DNA of 63,785 nucleotides, the filler included, from Octopus bimaculoides (Eukaryota): assembly GCF_001194135.2 (NCBI RefSeq). It is 4 parts of 4 records of this genome, joined end to end, with 100 filler letters (N's around TTAATTAATTAA, not from the genome) between each part and the next. Parts side by side here need not be neighbours in the genome. Positions count along the whole stretch, not along the records: positions 46,283 to 54,661 come from NC_068999.1; positions 54,762 to 63,785 come from NC_068981.1; 2 more parts are not named here. One strand, written 5' to 3'. The position numbers and the translations under genes were made by a program. A model generated the notes under the pieces. It saw only the letters and a program-made list of their open reading frames with translations, did not search any database and had not been told where the DNA came from. Positions 50,441 to 61,910 of this stretch are shown piece after piece. The first letter of the stretch is position 1. The number at the start of each line of letters is the position of its first letter.

Positions 50441-50705
50441 ATAGACGCTAATGGTTGTACGGAGACCGTGTCTGTCGACCGTCTGAAGAAAGCGTATTTT
50501 GATAAAACTACATCTTCCGTTGACAATACTGACATGCCCCCCCTTTCAACCTTTGCATACACCTTTGTCAACACCATCACCAATGCATACACCATTATCA
50601 TCACCATCACCAACACATACACCTGTGAAAACTCCACCTTCGTCGTTGAGAACTACCACAAGTGAACCCTATGTCACTAGGTCTGGCCGTACAGTGCACT
50701 AGCCA
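50441..50705 (+). mobile_element. Gypsy integrase C-terminal remnant
   Basis: IDANGCTETVSVDRLKKAYF and PYVTRSGRTVH, typical of the pol C-terminus in this lineage. Confidence 0.7.
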
Positions 50706-51187
50706 AAGAAACTCTCCAAGACACTTTATATTTGACTGCGTTCTATATTATTGCATTTTTCAGCATTCCTTTTGTAAAAAAAGGCTCAAACTGTGTTTTT
50801 ACCTGTTAGTGCTGAACACTCATAGAAATTTCTTGCGTCACTGCATCAATCACAAGTGATTAAGGAACTCCAGTGACGTAACCAAAAAGAAATTTTATTT
50901 TGACAGCCAACAACACTTACCAAGCTGAACTTGACTTGTGCCGCTAGAATATCATTTTCCATGTGCATTGTATTACATTGTTGGGTATTTCCATTCNNNN
51001 NNNNNNNNNNNNNNNNNNNNNNNNNNNNNNNNNNNNNNNNNNNNNNNNNNNNNNNNNNNNNNNNNNNNNNNNNNNNNNNNNNNNNNNNNNNNNNNNATAT
51101 ATATATATATGTGTGTATATATAAATATATACTTGTATATGTATGTATATATATATGTGTGTGTATGTATGCATGTATGTGTATATA

Positions 51188-52095
51188 TAGGGAGTGGACA
51201 AAAGAATGGAAACACCAAGCATCATAGCGTCATAATTTTGAAATATCTATCAAAGTATGACAAGCTTATTTATTTTAATGTTTGTTGCTTTAATGTAAGT
51301 GTTGATTAATATGTTTTGCTAAAATTGGTGTTTCTTTTCAGATAGCATCAGGTAAAGGTAATTAAAATTCATTAATATTGTGGATCTATCAGACTTTCAA
51401 AGGGGTCATATTGTTGGTGCTCTATATGGCAGCCACTAATGTTCCGAAAACAGCCAAAATATCTGGTGTTTCAAGAAGTACTGTCTCGAAAGTGATGGCA
51501 GCTTTTGAGAAAGAAGGAAAAACCTCTTCATCGAAACAAAACTCCAGAAAAAAACCAATTCTTAGGTGAATTGTTAGAAAGGATCAGAAACGTGCTGCTC
51601 CCAAAATTACTGCAGAGCTGAATGACCACCTCGTAAACCTAGTTTCCACAAAATCTGTTCGCCGTGCACTGCACAAAGGCAAATTTCATGGGAGAGCTGC
51701 AGTCAGAAAACTACTACTTTCAAAAACAAACGGTGCAGAACATTTAGAGTGGAGTAAAAACCTACAGAATTGGTCCCTGGAGCAGTGTAAGAATGTTATT
51801 TTCTTGGATGAGTCATCCTTTACCTTATTTCTGACCACTAGCCAAGTATACGTGTGGAGATAGCCAACAGATCCACCATTTGACCCAGACTGCCTTCTTC
51901 CAACTGTTAAGCGTGGAGGAGGATCTGTGATGATCTGGGATGGGTGGGGGCTATATCTTGGAAATCTACTAGCCCAATGGTTTCCCTTCATGGCAGAATT
52001 AATAGTCAAAACTATTTAAGCATTTTATCTGATCAAATTCTTCCTATGGTTGTGGAACTGTTTCCGTAGGGAATTGCACCAATTCACACAGCTAA
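51188..52095 (+). pseudogene. Tc1-family transposase pseudogene with left terminal repeat
   Basis: KTAKISGVSRSTVSKVMAAFEKEGKTSS, KITAELNDHL..VSTKSVRR, KNVIF.DESSFTLF, PTVKRGGGSVMIW; left end TA-TAGGGAGTGGACAAAA; runs into a gap. Confidence 0.9.
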
Positions 52096-52247
52096 ATTTG
52101 CTACTATATATNNNNNNNNNNNNNNNNNNNNNNNNNNNNNNNNNNNNNNNNNNNNNNNNNNNNNNNNNNNNNNNNNNNNNNNNNNNNNNNNNNNNNNNNN
52201 NNNTATATATATATATATATCTGTAAAAATATGTGACACTTATTCGG

Positions 52248-52410
52248 TAGCCATGATAAAATTCTGAGTTTCAGATGCCGGAGTGGGAACCCACGCCAAC
52301 ATCTCTTCAGTTATCTGGCCATTGAAAATTCCTGTGAACAATGACCGTTAAACAAAGGGAAATTACTTTGCGGTTGACCGTTATTAAGACAAAAGAACTA
52401 TAGACCGTTC
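52248..52410 (-). mobile_element. Penelope-type terminal repeat with hammerhead-like motif (family C)
   Basis: Minus strand GAUAA-CUGAAGA-GAUGUUGG..GUGGG/CCCAC..CCGGCAUC-UGAAA-CUCAGAAUU-UUAUC; inverted copy at 53760-53912. Confidence 0.55.
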
Positions 52411-52830
52411 ACACCCCCTACTCACCCAAAGTAACCTTTAATATAGGCAGGTACTTTTTGGCACAGATAGACAAACACTTTCCAGTTAACCATAGTTATA
52501 GAAAGATTTTCAACAGACATAACTTAAAAATCAGTTTCAGCTCAACTGCTAATTTTAAAAACATAATCGCACACAACACACAAAATCCACAATATGAAGC
52601 CAGCTGTTCATGCAGAGATAAAAATTTGTGTCCACTAAATGGAGCTTGCATGTCTGAAACTATCATTTATGAGGCCACCGTGGACTCTATATCCACTAAG
52701 GACACAGTTTCGATGAAGAAATACGTGGTCCTCATGGAGGGTAATTTCAAGGCCAGATTCAATAATCACACTTTGAGTTTCAGGCACTGGGACAAAAGGA
52801 AAACGACCAAATTATTCAGTCATATATGAT
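52410..52830 (+). mobile_element. Penelope-like fragment (linker + GIY-YIG), copy 1
   Basis: ORF 52458-52829: IDKHFPVNHSYRKIFNRHNLKISFS...CSCRDKNLCPLNGAC...IIYEATV...FKARFNNHTLSF. Confidence 0.9.
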
Positions 52831-52834
52831 GTGA

Positions 52835-53515
52835 TTATTAAACCTGGCCTTCGAATTACCCTCTGTAAGGCCCACATATTTCTTCATCGAAAACCGTGTC
52901 CTTAGTGGATATAGAGTCCACAGTGGCTTCATAAATGATGGTCTCGGACATGCAAGCTCCATTTAGCGGGCACAAACTTTTATCCCTGCATGAACAGCTG
53001 GTTTCATTTTGTGGTTTTGTGTGTTGTGTGCAATTATATTTTTAAAATTAGTAGTTGAGCTGAAACTGATTTTTAAGTTATGTCTATTGAAGAGCTTTCT
53101 GTAACTATCGTTGACTGGAAAATGTCTATATATCAGTCCTAAGAAATACTTGCCTATATTAAAGGTCACTTCAGGCGTGTAGGGGGGTGGGTGAAACAGA
53201 TAGTTTTCCTATTCCTATGTTTTCTTTTCTTTATTATTGGACTGGTGGCAGGTGTATAGGTTATTTCCTTGTTAAATCCACTATCTTTTAGAGCCTTATT
53301 ATATACTGGAGCAATGCTATTAAAAATGTCCCTATCGGAGGAGAGGCTAAAAATTCTTTTGCTAATGTTTTTAACTAAATTTTTAAACACTATGGGGGGA
53401 TGGTAGGAACCCACATTAATATAACTAAGTCTATTGTTGGGCTTCCTACAAGGTTTATAAATATTCTTATATAGATCTAAGGATACATCTAGGAAATTGA
53501 CAACCCTCAGGTTGG
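52835..53515 (-). mobile_element. Penelope-like fragment (RT C-terminus, thumb, GIY-YIG), copy 2
   Basis: NLRVVNFLDVSLDL...YINVGSYHPP...FSLSSDRDIF...YNKALKDSGF; TFNIGKYFLGLIYRHFP; tail-to-tail with copy 1. Confidence 0.9.
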
Positions 53516-53740
53516 GGATCATATGATGGAGCAGGCATATGCGATCTTATTGGACTATTCCTACTTGAAACGTTGGGCAAGACTTTTCCTGACATATGCT
53601 TCGCCATTTACAAAGAAGATGCCCCAGCTTTAACGGCAAATACCAATGCACCAACACAGGATTGGTTTAGGAAGGACATTATCCAACTGATAAAAGGTTT
53701 AGGTCTTAGCATAACTACAGATACCAACCTTACTCCCTCC
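53515..53740 (+). mobile_element. Penelope-like RT core segment, inverted relative to its continuation
   Basis: GSYDGAGICDLIGLFLL (Penelope MGSYDGAEICELVG) and YKEDAPAL (degenerate YRDDGL)...RKDIIQLIKGLGLSITTDTNL. Confidence 0.8.
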
Positions 53741-53759
53741 CCTCACTTAGTGGTTATTC

Positions 53760-53912
53760 TAATAGCTCTTTTGTCTTAACAACAGTCAATCACACAGTAA
53801 TTTTCCCTTGTTTAACAGTCATATTCATAGCATTTTTTTGATAGCCTGATAACTAAAGAGATGCTGGCTTTCCGCCCCGACATCCGAAACTCAGAGTTTT
53901 ATCATGGCTATC
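53760..53912 (+). mobile_element. Penelope-type terminal repeat with hammerhead-like motif (family C, inverted partner)
   Basis: GAUAGCC-U-GAUAA-CUAAAGA-GAUGCUGG...CCGACAUC-CGAAA-CUCAGAG-UU-UUAUC-AU-GGCUAUC, with an extended stem I; core mutated to CUAAAGA. Confidence 0.55.
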
Positions 53913-54342
53913 AAATAATTGACCACAGGCACTTGGCTGAAACCCATAAATAAATAAAAAAATAAATAAATATATANNNNNNNNNNNNNNNNNNNNNNNN
54001 NNNNNNNNNNNNNNNNNNNNNNNNNNNNNNNNNNNNNNNNNNNNNNNNNNNNNNNNNNNNNNNNNNNNNNNNNNNNNNNNNNNNNNNNNNNNNNNNNNNN
54101 NNNNNNNNNNNNNNNNNNNNNNNNNNNNNNNNNNNNNNNNNNNNNNNNNNNNNNNNNNNNNNNNNNNNNNNNNNNNNNNNNNNNNNNNNNNNNNNNNNNN
54201 NNNNATATATATATATATATATACAAATATAGAAATATACATATATGCATAAAAATATAGAATTATATATATATATATTTGTTTTGCAAGATTTTTGATG
54301 TGAAATTGTGTGTTGAAACAAATGTTGTACTTGGGGATGGTT

Positions 54343-54660
54343 ATATTGCCAGTTTAGCCAACAAAAAACACACGCACTGTATATTTGGTGTTAATTTGCT
54401 TCAGCTTTATATTACATTACATTACATTAATCCTATTTCGGCTAGAGTTCTTTCGTCACACTTCTGTGACCTCATCAGTGGTCCTTTGCTTTCTTCTTTC
54501 TTATGTGTGTCTCACCTTGCTAACTATCAGCCATTTTGTATGGCTGATAAAAGAACTCTGGCCGAAATAGGATTAATGTAATATAATGTAATATAAAGCT
54601 GAAGCAAATTAACACCAAATATACAGTGCGTGTGTTTTTTATTGGTTAAACTGGCAATAT
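54343..54660. repeat. Fold-back element, ~110-bp arms
   Basis: 54343-54453 is the reverse complement of 54550-54660 with a few mismatches; ends at the scaffold edge. Confidence 0.88.
54440..54483 (-). ncRNA. Minimal hammerhead motif, family D
   Basis: GACCA-CUGAUGA-G-GUCACA-GAAG-UGUGAC-GAAA-GAAC-UC-UAGCC. Perfect core and 6-bp stem II; the partner arm (54550+) reads UGGCC, which restores stem I. Confidence 0.62.
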
Positions 54661-54661
54661 G

Positions 54662-54761
54662 NNNNNNNNNNNNNNNNNNNNNNNNNNNNNNNNNNNNNNN
54701 NNNNNTTAATTAATTAANNNNNNNNNNNNNNNNNNNNNNNNNNNNNNNNNNNNNNNNNNNN
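54662..54761. other. Artificial scaffold/contig linker
   Basis: Same 44 N + TTAATTAATTAA + 44 N pattern. Confidence 0.95.
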
Positions 54762-55410
54762 ATATATATGTATATATATATATATATATATAATATATAT
54801 ATATGTATAATATATATATATATCTATAATATAAACTGAAGTTGGCCGACTGGTGTATTCTTTCTTGTCTTGAGATTCACGGCCATACAGCTGGGTGGAT
54901 TTGCGTGAAAAATGGCACACATATGGAGACGGGTGCATAGATTGGAACGCGCTTTCTATTTTTTCCTAACCCCCATACCTACAAAGAAAATTGATTAAAA
55001 CAACCTGCGTGTATGTGAGTGTGTGTCCCTGAAACCAAAATAAATAAACTGAATGATAAATTTCATTTATCTCTTTCTCTTTCTTTCCTTCTCTCTCTCT
55101 CTCTCTCATATACACATACACCATCAACATTACTCTCTCTGTTGCGCACACCCCATCAAACATACACACTCACACACAGAGACATATGCATGCACATCAA
55201 TTCTCTCCTCTCACCACAACTTCAAAAGAAGTTCAGTCATAAAACTGTCCATGTCTCTTCTGTCGATGCCTACTTCAAAAGATCGCCTTTCCTTTTCACT
55301 TGTCCGGTCATTGATCAAGAGATAAAACACAAACCAACTCCTGCTAAATGCAAAAATCCCGCCAAAAATCCACACACAAACGTTGCCTACAAAGAAGCGC
55401 TCCACTGAAA

Positions 55411-55488
55411 ATGGCATTTCTTCACATCTTCCAAATCACCCCAGTCATCAGCCGCCTCAAAAGCTTCATACTTGCTGTGCCAGCCAAC
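55411..55488 (+). CDS. Candidate first coding exon of an unidentified gene
   Basis: AAA-ATG-G context, MAFLHIFQITPVISRLKSFILAVPAN, phase-0 donor AAC|GTAAGT, upstream E2F-like TCCCGCCAAAA (55357-55367); no downstream exon found. Confidence 0.25.
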
Positions 55489-55660
55489 GTAAGTCAATGA
55501 CACACAACTTCACTCACTCACTATTAGAATGACCTGCTAGTCGAAGATGCCTGTCAAGCTCTTGTAAACATATAATAATTCTAGTGAAATACATTCACTG
55601 ATTTCAAATTTAGAAATAATATATTTCTAAATCTCTCAGAGATTTATGCAGTAGTGATAC

Positions 55661-55895
55661 GATGAAGTAGTTGTATGCTGTCAACTTAATGTGACAGTCC
55701 TATGAAGGGAATAACATGTCTCTGGATGCTGGCTTAGCTGGGTGGGGGTGCTTGTTTCCCCCTTGCAAACATAAGGACACAGGAAATGTGTCGAGGCCAA
55801 TAGGAAGCAGTGCAGTTTCCTAGGTCTAACCAACAGTAGTATTATTCCCTTCAGGGGACTGTCATATTAAGTTGACAGCATACAACTACTTCATC
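55661..55895. mobile_element. MITE with 54-bp TIRs
   Basis: 55661-55714 is the reverse complement of 55842-55895 with about 3 mismatches. Confidence 0.85.
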
Positions 55896-56119
55896 ATTTT
55901 ATTCATTTGGTAATTTTATGATATTAATTCCTGGGTGAGTCTCAAAGACGTTTTTTCTGTCATAATTGTTAAGTAATCATTATCATTTTTTCCAGCCACT
56001 GTTTTCCCATGCATGCATAGGTTGGGCAGAATTTGCTGAGGCAGATTTTCTATAGCCAGATACCCTTCCTGTTACCAACCTTCACTTGTTACCAAATAAG
56101 GTAATATGTCCCCATATAA

Positions 56120-56330
56120 CACAGCAAGCTGGCAGAATCGTTAAGACGTCGGACAAAATGCTTAGCAGAATTTTGTCAGTCTTTATATTCTGAGTTCAAA
56201 TTCCACCAAGTTTGACTTTGCCTTTCTATATATTGAGATTGATAAAATAAGTACCAGTTGTGTATTGGGGTTGATGTAATCAACTTACTCCCTCCCTTGA
56301 AATGGCTGGCCTTGTACCAAAATTTGAAAC
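56120..56330 (+). mobile_element. SINE family 1
   Basis: AGCTGGCAGAATCGTTAAG...GAGTTCAAATTCC...AAGTACCAGTT. Confidence 0.8.
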
Positions 56331-56656
56331 CAATATTTCCTTATGGTCAGACATGTTTTCTCAGAAGAGCCAGAACCAAAAGACACTGTTATATGATGGT
56401 GACACTCATTAACAGCTATCATACAATCTCAAGACAAAGAGACAACAACTCACATACACACACACACACACACTTCCATCTACTAAATCCACTCACAAGG
56501 TTTGGGATGGCCGAGGGCTACAGTAGAAGATGCTTGCTCAAGATACTATACAGTGGAACTGAATATAGACTCATGTATTTATTGCTCATTGGGCGATTGT
56601 GCTGTTGATTACACCAAATGAGAGAAAAACAAAAACATATATTTTATCAGCTAACC

Positions 56657-57074
56657 TCTTTACTCTCTGTTTTACTCTTACTTGTTTCAGTCATTTGACT
56701 GCAGCCATGCTGGAGCACCGCCTTTAGTTGAGCAAATTGACCCCAGGACTTATTCTTTGGAAGCCTAGTACTTATTCTATCAGTCTCTTTTGCCGAACCG
56801 CTAAGTTATGGGGACGTAAACACACCAGCATCGATTATCAAGCGATGTTGGGAGGACAAACACAGACGCACAAACATATACACACTCATATATATATATA
56901 CATATATACGACGGGCTTCTTTCAGTTTCCGTCTACCAAATCCAATCACAAGGCTTTGGTCGGCCCGAGGCTATAGTAGAAGACACTTGCTCCCCAAGGT
57001 GTCACGCAGTGGGACTGAACCCAGAACCATGTGGTTGGTAAGCAAGCTACTTACCACACAGCCACTCCGGCGCC
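56657..57074 (-). mobile_element. tRNA-derived bipartite SINE family 2, full length (CORE-like TTGGGCAAGTGTC block, internal microsatellite)
   Basis: Head GGCGCCGGAGTGGCTGTGTGGTAAG...GGTTCAGTCCC, central (AT/GT)n, 3' body to CAGTCAAATGACTGAAACAAG; possible short TSD CTAACC. Confidence 0.85.
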
Positions 57075-57589
57075 TAACCGTATATAAAAATTACTTTCAA
57101 GTAATTTTCAGCATAAGCATGGATCCTTCTGGAAGCCAGTGATGGCTGAAAATGTTTTGTAATTAAAACAGAAATGAGACAGAAACTTAAACAACGATAT
57201 GCAGCATCAATGCGGAGTCAAACAATCTATAAAAGATAAATAACCAAGTAATTTATTCTCTACAGTGACTGTGAACATATATCAGGCAAGCAAAATTTTA
57301 CATGACTGATCATTGCAAAGACAGATTATGCATCCAAACAGATCTAAATGGGTAGATATATACATAGGCAGACTGCCAAAACTTCTAAATCAGGATAAGA
57401 AAGAAAGCAGACAATAAAACATATATCTGACAGTGGCTAAATTAGTGTTAACATATTTAATACAGCAAGCATTAAAAAGCCAGTGAATATGAAAAAACAA
57501 ACAATATTAGTCGGTGACTCATGATGAGAGAATTACTAAATACAAGATTTATATAACTAAATAAATGAAATAAATGAATTCTCAGTTGG

Positions 57590-57940
57590 TTTTGTTGATG
57601 GTAGTTTTAATAATGTTGCTATGATGATGTTGGTATCTATGATACAGGTTTCCATGATGCTAGTTTTTGTAAAGCTGGTTTTGACATTGTTGTCTTGATG
57701 TTGGTCCTGACAATGTTAGTTTTGACAATGTTGTTTTGACATAATGTTATTTTGACAATGTTAATTTTGATGACGTTGTTTTGACAATGTTGTCTTGATG
57801 ATGTTGGTTTTGATGATATTAGTCCTCTTAGTATTGATTTTGATAATGTTGTTTTGATGTTGTGGTTTTGACAATGTTATTTTGACAACGTTGATGATGT
57901 TGCTTTGACATTGTTGATTCCAATGACGTTGTTATCCAAT
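57590..57940. repeat. Degenerate ~15-bp minisatellite (TTTTGACAATGTTG/T)
   Basis: More than ten imperfect units with indels; no continuous ORF. Confidence 0.75.
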
Positions 57941-58320
57941 TGTTTCATTAACAGAATTACTTGTTTGCTTACTTGTAGTGTAAATGGCTGAGCATTTCAA
58001 AGACACTTGTACAACTAATATAATTCACAGGTAAAATTAGCTGGACACACTATGTATCAAGTCTGGCCCTTTGAATTATAGGTACAATGTAACTGATGGG
58101 GTTTTATGCAGTTTTGCAGGACCCTGGTTCACTCACAAAGCTCAGATAAATCTGAGACCTTGGTAAAAGATATTTTCACAAAATGCTACAAGGCTGGATC
58201 AAATCTGAGACAACTGTCACCTGACCAGATGTGGCAATCATCATGTATGTATGTATGTATGTATGTATGTATGTATGTATGTATGTATGGATGGATGGAT
58301 GGATGTGTGTGTGTTGTATA

Positions 58321-58458
58321 CAGTCACGGCTAAAAGTTTTGAACGTTTTTTAAAAGATTAAAATTATTTTGCCCAAGTACAATTCAATCCAAATATAGGT
58401 GATTTAATATAAAAATTCTAATTTTCAGACCTATGCTCCAAACTTTTAGCCACAACTG
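58321..58458. mobile_element. Tc1-type MITE
   Basis: TIRs CAGTCACGGCTAAAAGTTTTGA / TCCAAACTTTTAGCCACAACTG, flanked by TA on both sides. Confidence 0.75.
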
Positions 58459-58566
58459 TATATATGTATGTGTGTGTTTGTGTTTGTGTGTGTGTTTGTG
58501 TGTGTGTGTGCGGGTGTGTACGTGTTTGTGTGTGTGTGTTTGCGTGTGTGTGTGTGTTTGTCTGTG

Positions 58567-58614
<48 letters not shown>

Positions 58615-59149
58615 TGCTTGCGTGTACATGTATGTATGTGCATGGGTATATTACATAGATGTACACATGACGTGTGTATTATAAAGCTGGCAGCAACATA
58701 CAGGTGACTGGTTGGATGGATTCTAAGAATACTTAGAATAAGAGAATAAGAAGTTATGTTGGTTCTGTGAAGAACACTTGTCAGAAATCTGAATTATTGC
58801 TCCCAGCTACCTTTTCCTTCCAAGTGTTAATCTCTCTACTAAACTGGATGCAACCCAACATTCCTACACAAAGAAGATTGTCTCTATGCATCAGATGAGC
58901 TACTGAAAGATGTGGAAAATGTTGAAAATTTTCTCTTTAGTGCAAAAAAAGAAAAAAGATATGCACTATTTATATTTAGTAAAAGTTTGAAGGTTTGGCA
59001 GCATTGAAAGTTCAGCAAGTCGCTGAACTGAGTAATTCTGCGAAATGTCTACAATGTCCTATTCTCTGTTTTATGTTAGGGCTAAAGAATAAAGATCCCC
59101 TCTGGGGATTGCGCCTAGAAAGTTACCCTCTAAAGCACATGTCTGGGCA

Positions 59150-59398
59150 AGGTTGTTTATGGAAGATTAGCAATTACCCATATATGCCAGTCTCCCCTCT
59201 CCATGCCACTGATGTTATCCAAGGGAAAGGCAAAAGCTGATACAGCATGGCACCAGTGATGTCACAACTAATTTCTACAGCCAAGTGAACTGGAACAACG
59301 TGAAATAGAGGGTCTTGCAAGAGAACACAACACACAGCCCAGTCTGAGAATTGAACTCATTACCTCATGATTGTAAGCCCGATGCCTTAACCACTCCC
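59150..59398 (-). mobile_element. tRNA-derived SINE family 3
   Basis: GAGTGGTTAAGGCATCGGGC...GAGTTCAATTC head followed by TGTGTTCTCTTGCAAG; related decayed copy at ~25930-26150. Confidence 0.65.
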
Positions 59399-60439
59399 CT
59401 TCCTATGGAGCATAGGCTATCTACAACTTCTCTCCCACTGTTTTTGCCTCTGGACAGTTTTTCCTGCTTCTCCCCAGTTGGATCCCTGCACCTTCAGTTC
59501 TCCCTCAGTATCATGCCTCCTATGTCTCCCTGGTCTTATTGACTTTGAATTGTCATCAATGCTTCTGTAAGCTTCTGTAACTCTTTATTTTTCCTAGGTA
59601 GGAGTGTTGACCCTACACAAACCCATTTTTACCTCTGGGTAAGAGAGGTTGTCCATATTAGTCTGGCCTCATCCTTTGACCTGTCCAGTATGAGAGACCC
59701 TACCAAGAGCTTGCACTCCCCTGGCATAGCTCTTAGGGTCACCGATGCACACAAGCCATGAAACCAAAACAAGAACTGGGACCCTGTGGTGGATGTTAGG
59801 CCTAGATTCTACAATAATATTGGATTCAAAGGACTATAGCTCTCTATAACATTCACTAAACAAAACATGAAGGATCTGAATGTTAATATAATTCAGGCAA
59901 CAACTGGACACTTTAAAGAATCTCACATAAGAGTAGTGAAAGCAAACTGCCTCATTCAATGAATTCAATTAAGCAATTAACTAATGAACCAGTTATGCAT
60001 ACATACACACATATACACACATGTATACATGTATATGTGCATACATACATGTTACAAATACACATACATACATGTATACATACACGCATACATACATACA
60101 TACATACATACATACATACATACATACATACATACATACAAATATACATATGTACATACGTACATACACACACACATATTTGCTATTCCTGCAAGAGTTG
60201 GACAGTTTAGCAGGGTCCAGCAAATAGAGACAGTGTTTGGGAAAGGAGCAATAAAGAGAATGGGAAAAAGTAGTACCTGGCGGGGTTACTGAAAGAGGAT
60301 TATAGAGTGATAGGAAAGTAGGGAGGATTGAGTGGGGAAGATGTAGTGTTGCCCCACATTAGACATGGGAAATTAAAATTGGCAGATGAAGGGAAGATCA
60401 GACAGAAGGAAATAATAGGAAGGAAAGATAAAGGTTGTA

Positions 60440-61070
60440 CTAAGGGATTAAAATAATAATAATAATAATGAAATTATTGTGTACAGTGCTCAGGTGCACT
60501 ACAACTCATCGAAGGTGTATGTGCAGTACATAGAATTATGTGCAAATGTCGTGAAAGGGAACAGTGTATGAGTCATGATATACATGTGTGCATGCATATG
60601 GAGTGGGCTGGGGGATATCAGGTGTAGTGTTGGCAAATTTCAGGAAGCATGGAGGTTTTAAAAGATACACTGTCTTTTTTTTTTTTCCTTTTTTCTTTAT
60701 TGCTCACAAGGGGCTAGACATAGAGGGGACAAACAAAGGGATTAAGTCGATTACATTGACCCCAGTGCGTAACTGGTACTTAATTTGTCGACCCCGAAAG
60801 GATGAAAGGCAAAGTCGACCTTGGTGGAATTTGATCTCAGAATGTACCGGCAGACGAAATACCGCTAAGCATTTTGCCCGGAGTGCTAACGTTTCTGCCA
60901 GCTTGCTGCCTTAAAAAATACACTGTCTTGACAACTAACAACTGATGCAGGTAGTTTGTTCCATGCTTCAGCAACTCTGAGTGTGAAAAAATGTTTCCGA
61001 AACTCATGGGAGCTGTGCTGTTTTCTGACATTGTAGGCATGCCCATGTGTGTTAGACAAATGGAGCTCAA
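60440..61070 (-). mobile_element. CR1 LINE 3' end with (ATT)n tail; SINE nested at ~60690-60912
   Basis: THGHAYNVRKQHSSHEFRKHFFTLRVAEAWNKLPASVV matches the CR1 TRGH...FF..RV...WN.LP..VV motif. Confidence 0.8.
60690..60912 (-). mobile_element. SINE family 1 nested in CR1 tail
   Basis: Same head/body; CR1 sequence resumes on both sides. Confidence 0.8.
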
Positions 61071-61214
61071 AAAGGTGCTCAAGATGGTTGTTGGCACAGT
61101 GGTTAAGTGAGAAAGAGAGAGAAGGTCAGAGATAGATAAGGGTGGCAGGGTGAATCAACAAGGAAGAGATGCAGTGCTACCCCACATTATATATATGGGT
61201 GGGTAGAGTGCTGC

Positions 61215-61910
61215 ATGGAGGACAGATAAGATGACAATAAGATGCCAGAGCTAAGTTGTCAATATAGTGGAGTTTCCAAGAGCAGACAGTCTTAAACTCT
61301 TCTCTTATAGTTTGGAGAACTGAGCCTTGATGTACTCCTATTTGCACATTTATTTATCACTGAACTCATTGCTGATTCTTGCCTGCTAAACACTTATTTG
61401 TACATAGCTTGTACAGCCGTCACAAACCATCTACTCTTAGTTACCTTTGCAACCACCAAATGAAGGACTCTATCAAAGCCTTCTCCAGATTGATGAGCAG
61501 TAGTTATAGCCATGTATTTTTCATGTAGTTGTCTCAGGGAATATTGCATCAGCAGTACCTCTTTCTGGGCCAAACCAAACTACAACTCATTTAGACTAAT
61601 TCTGTCCCAAATCAGCTTTGCAGTAACCTTTTCTCAAACATTCATAACCTCAGTCTTATAGTTTCCTCTCTTTACTGTATCTCCCTTACTTTTATAGTCA
61701 TCAACAATAATACTGCAGTACCAACATAACACCATCCTGTATTATTTGAATGACTATCCTTTATTCTACTTCACCAGATGTTTTAAGCATGCTGGTGACT
61801 ATCATTGATGGTCCAGCTGGTTTCTCCACTTTCATATCCCTTATCGCTCTATCTACCATACTACTGCCAACTTGGATGGCCGGTCCCTCTCTTGTATCTA
61901 TGTAAGTAGT
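61215..61910 (-). mobile_element. RTE LINE reverse transcriptase fragment
   Basis: RAIRDMKVEKPAGPS..MLKTSGEV, RGNY, ELQFG, RQLHEKY, EGFDRV, FVTAVQAMY motifs, with frameshifts and stops. Confidence 0.8.
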
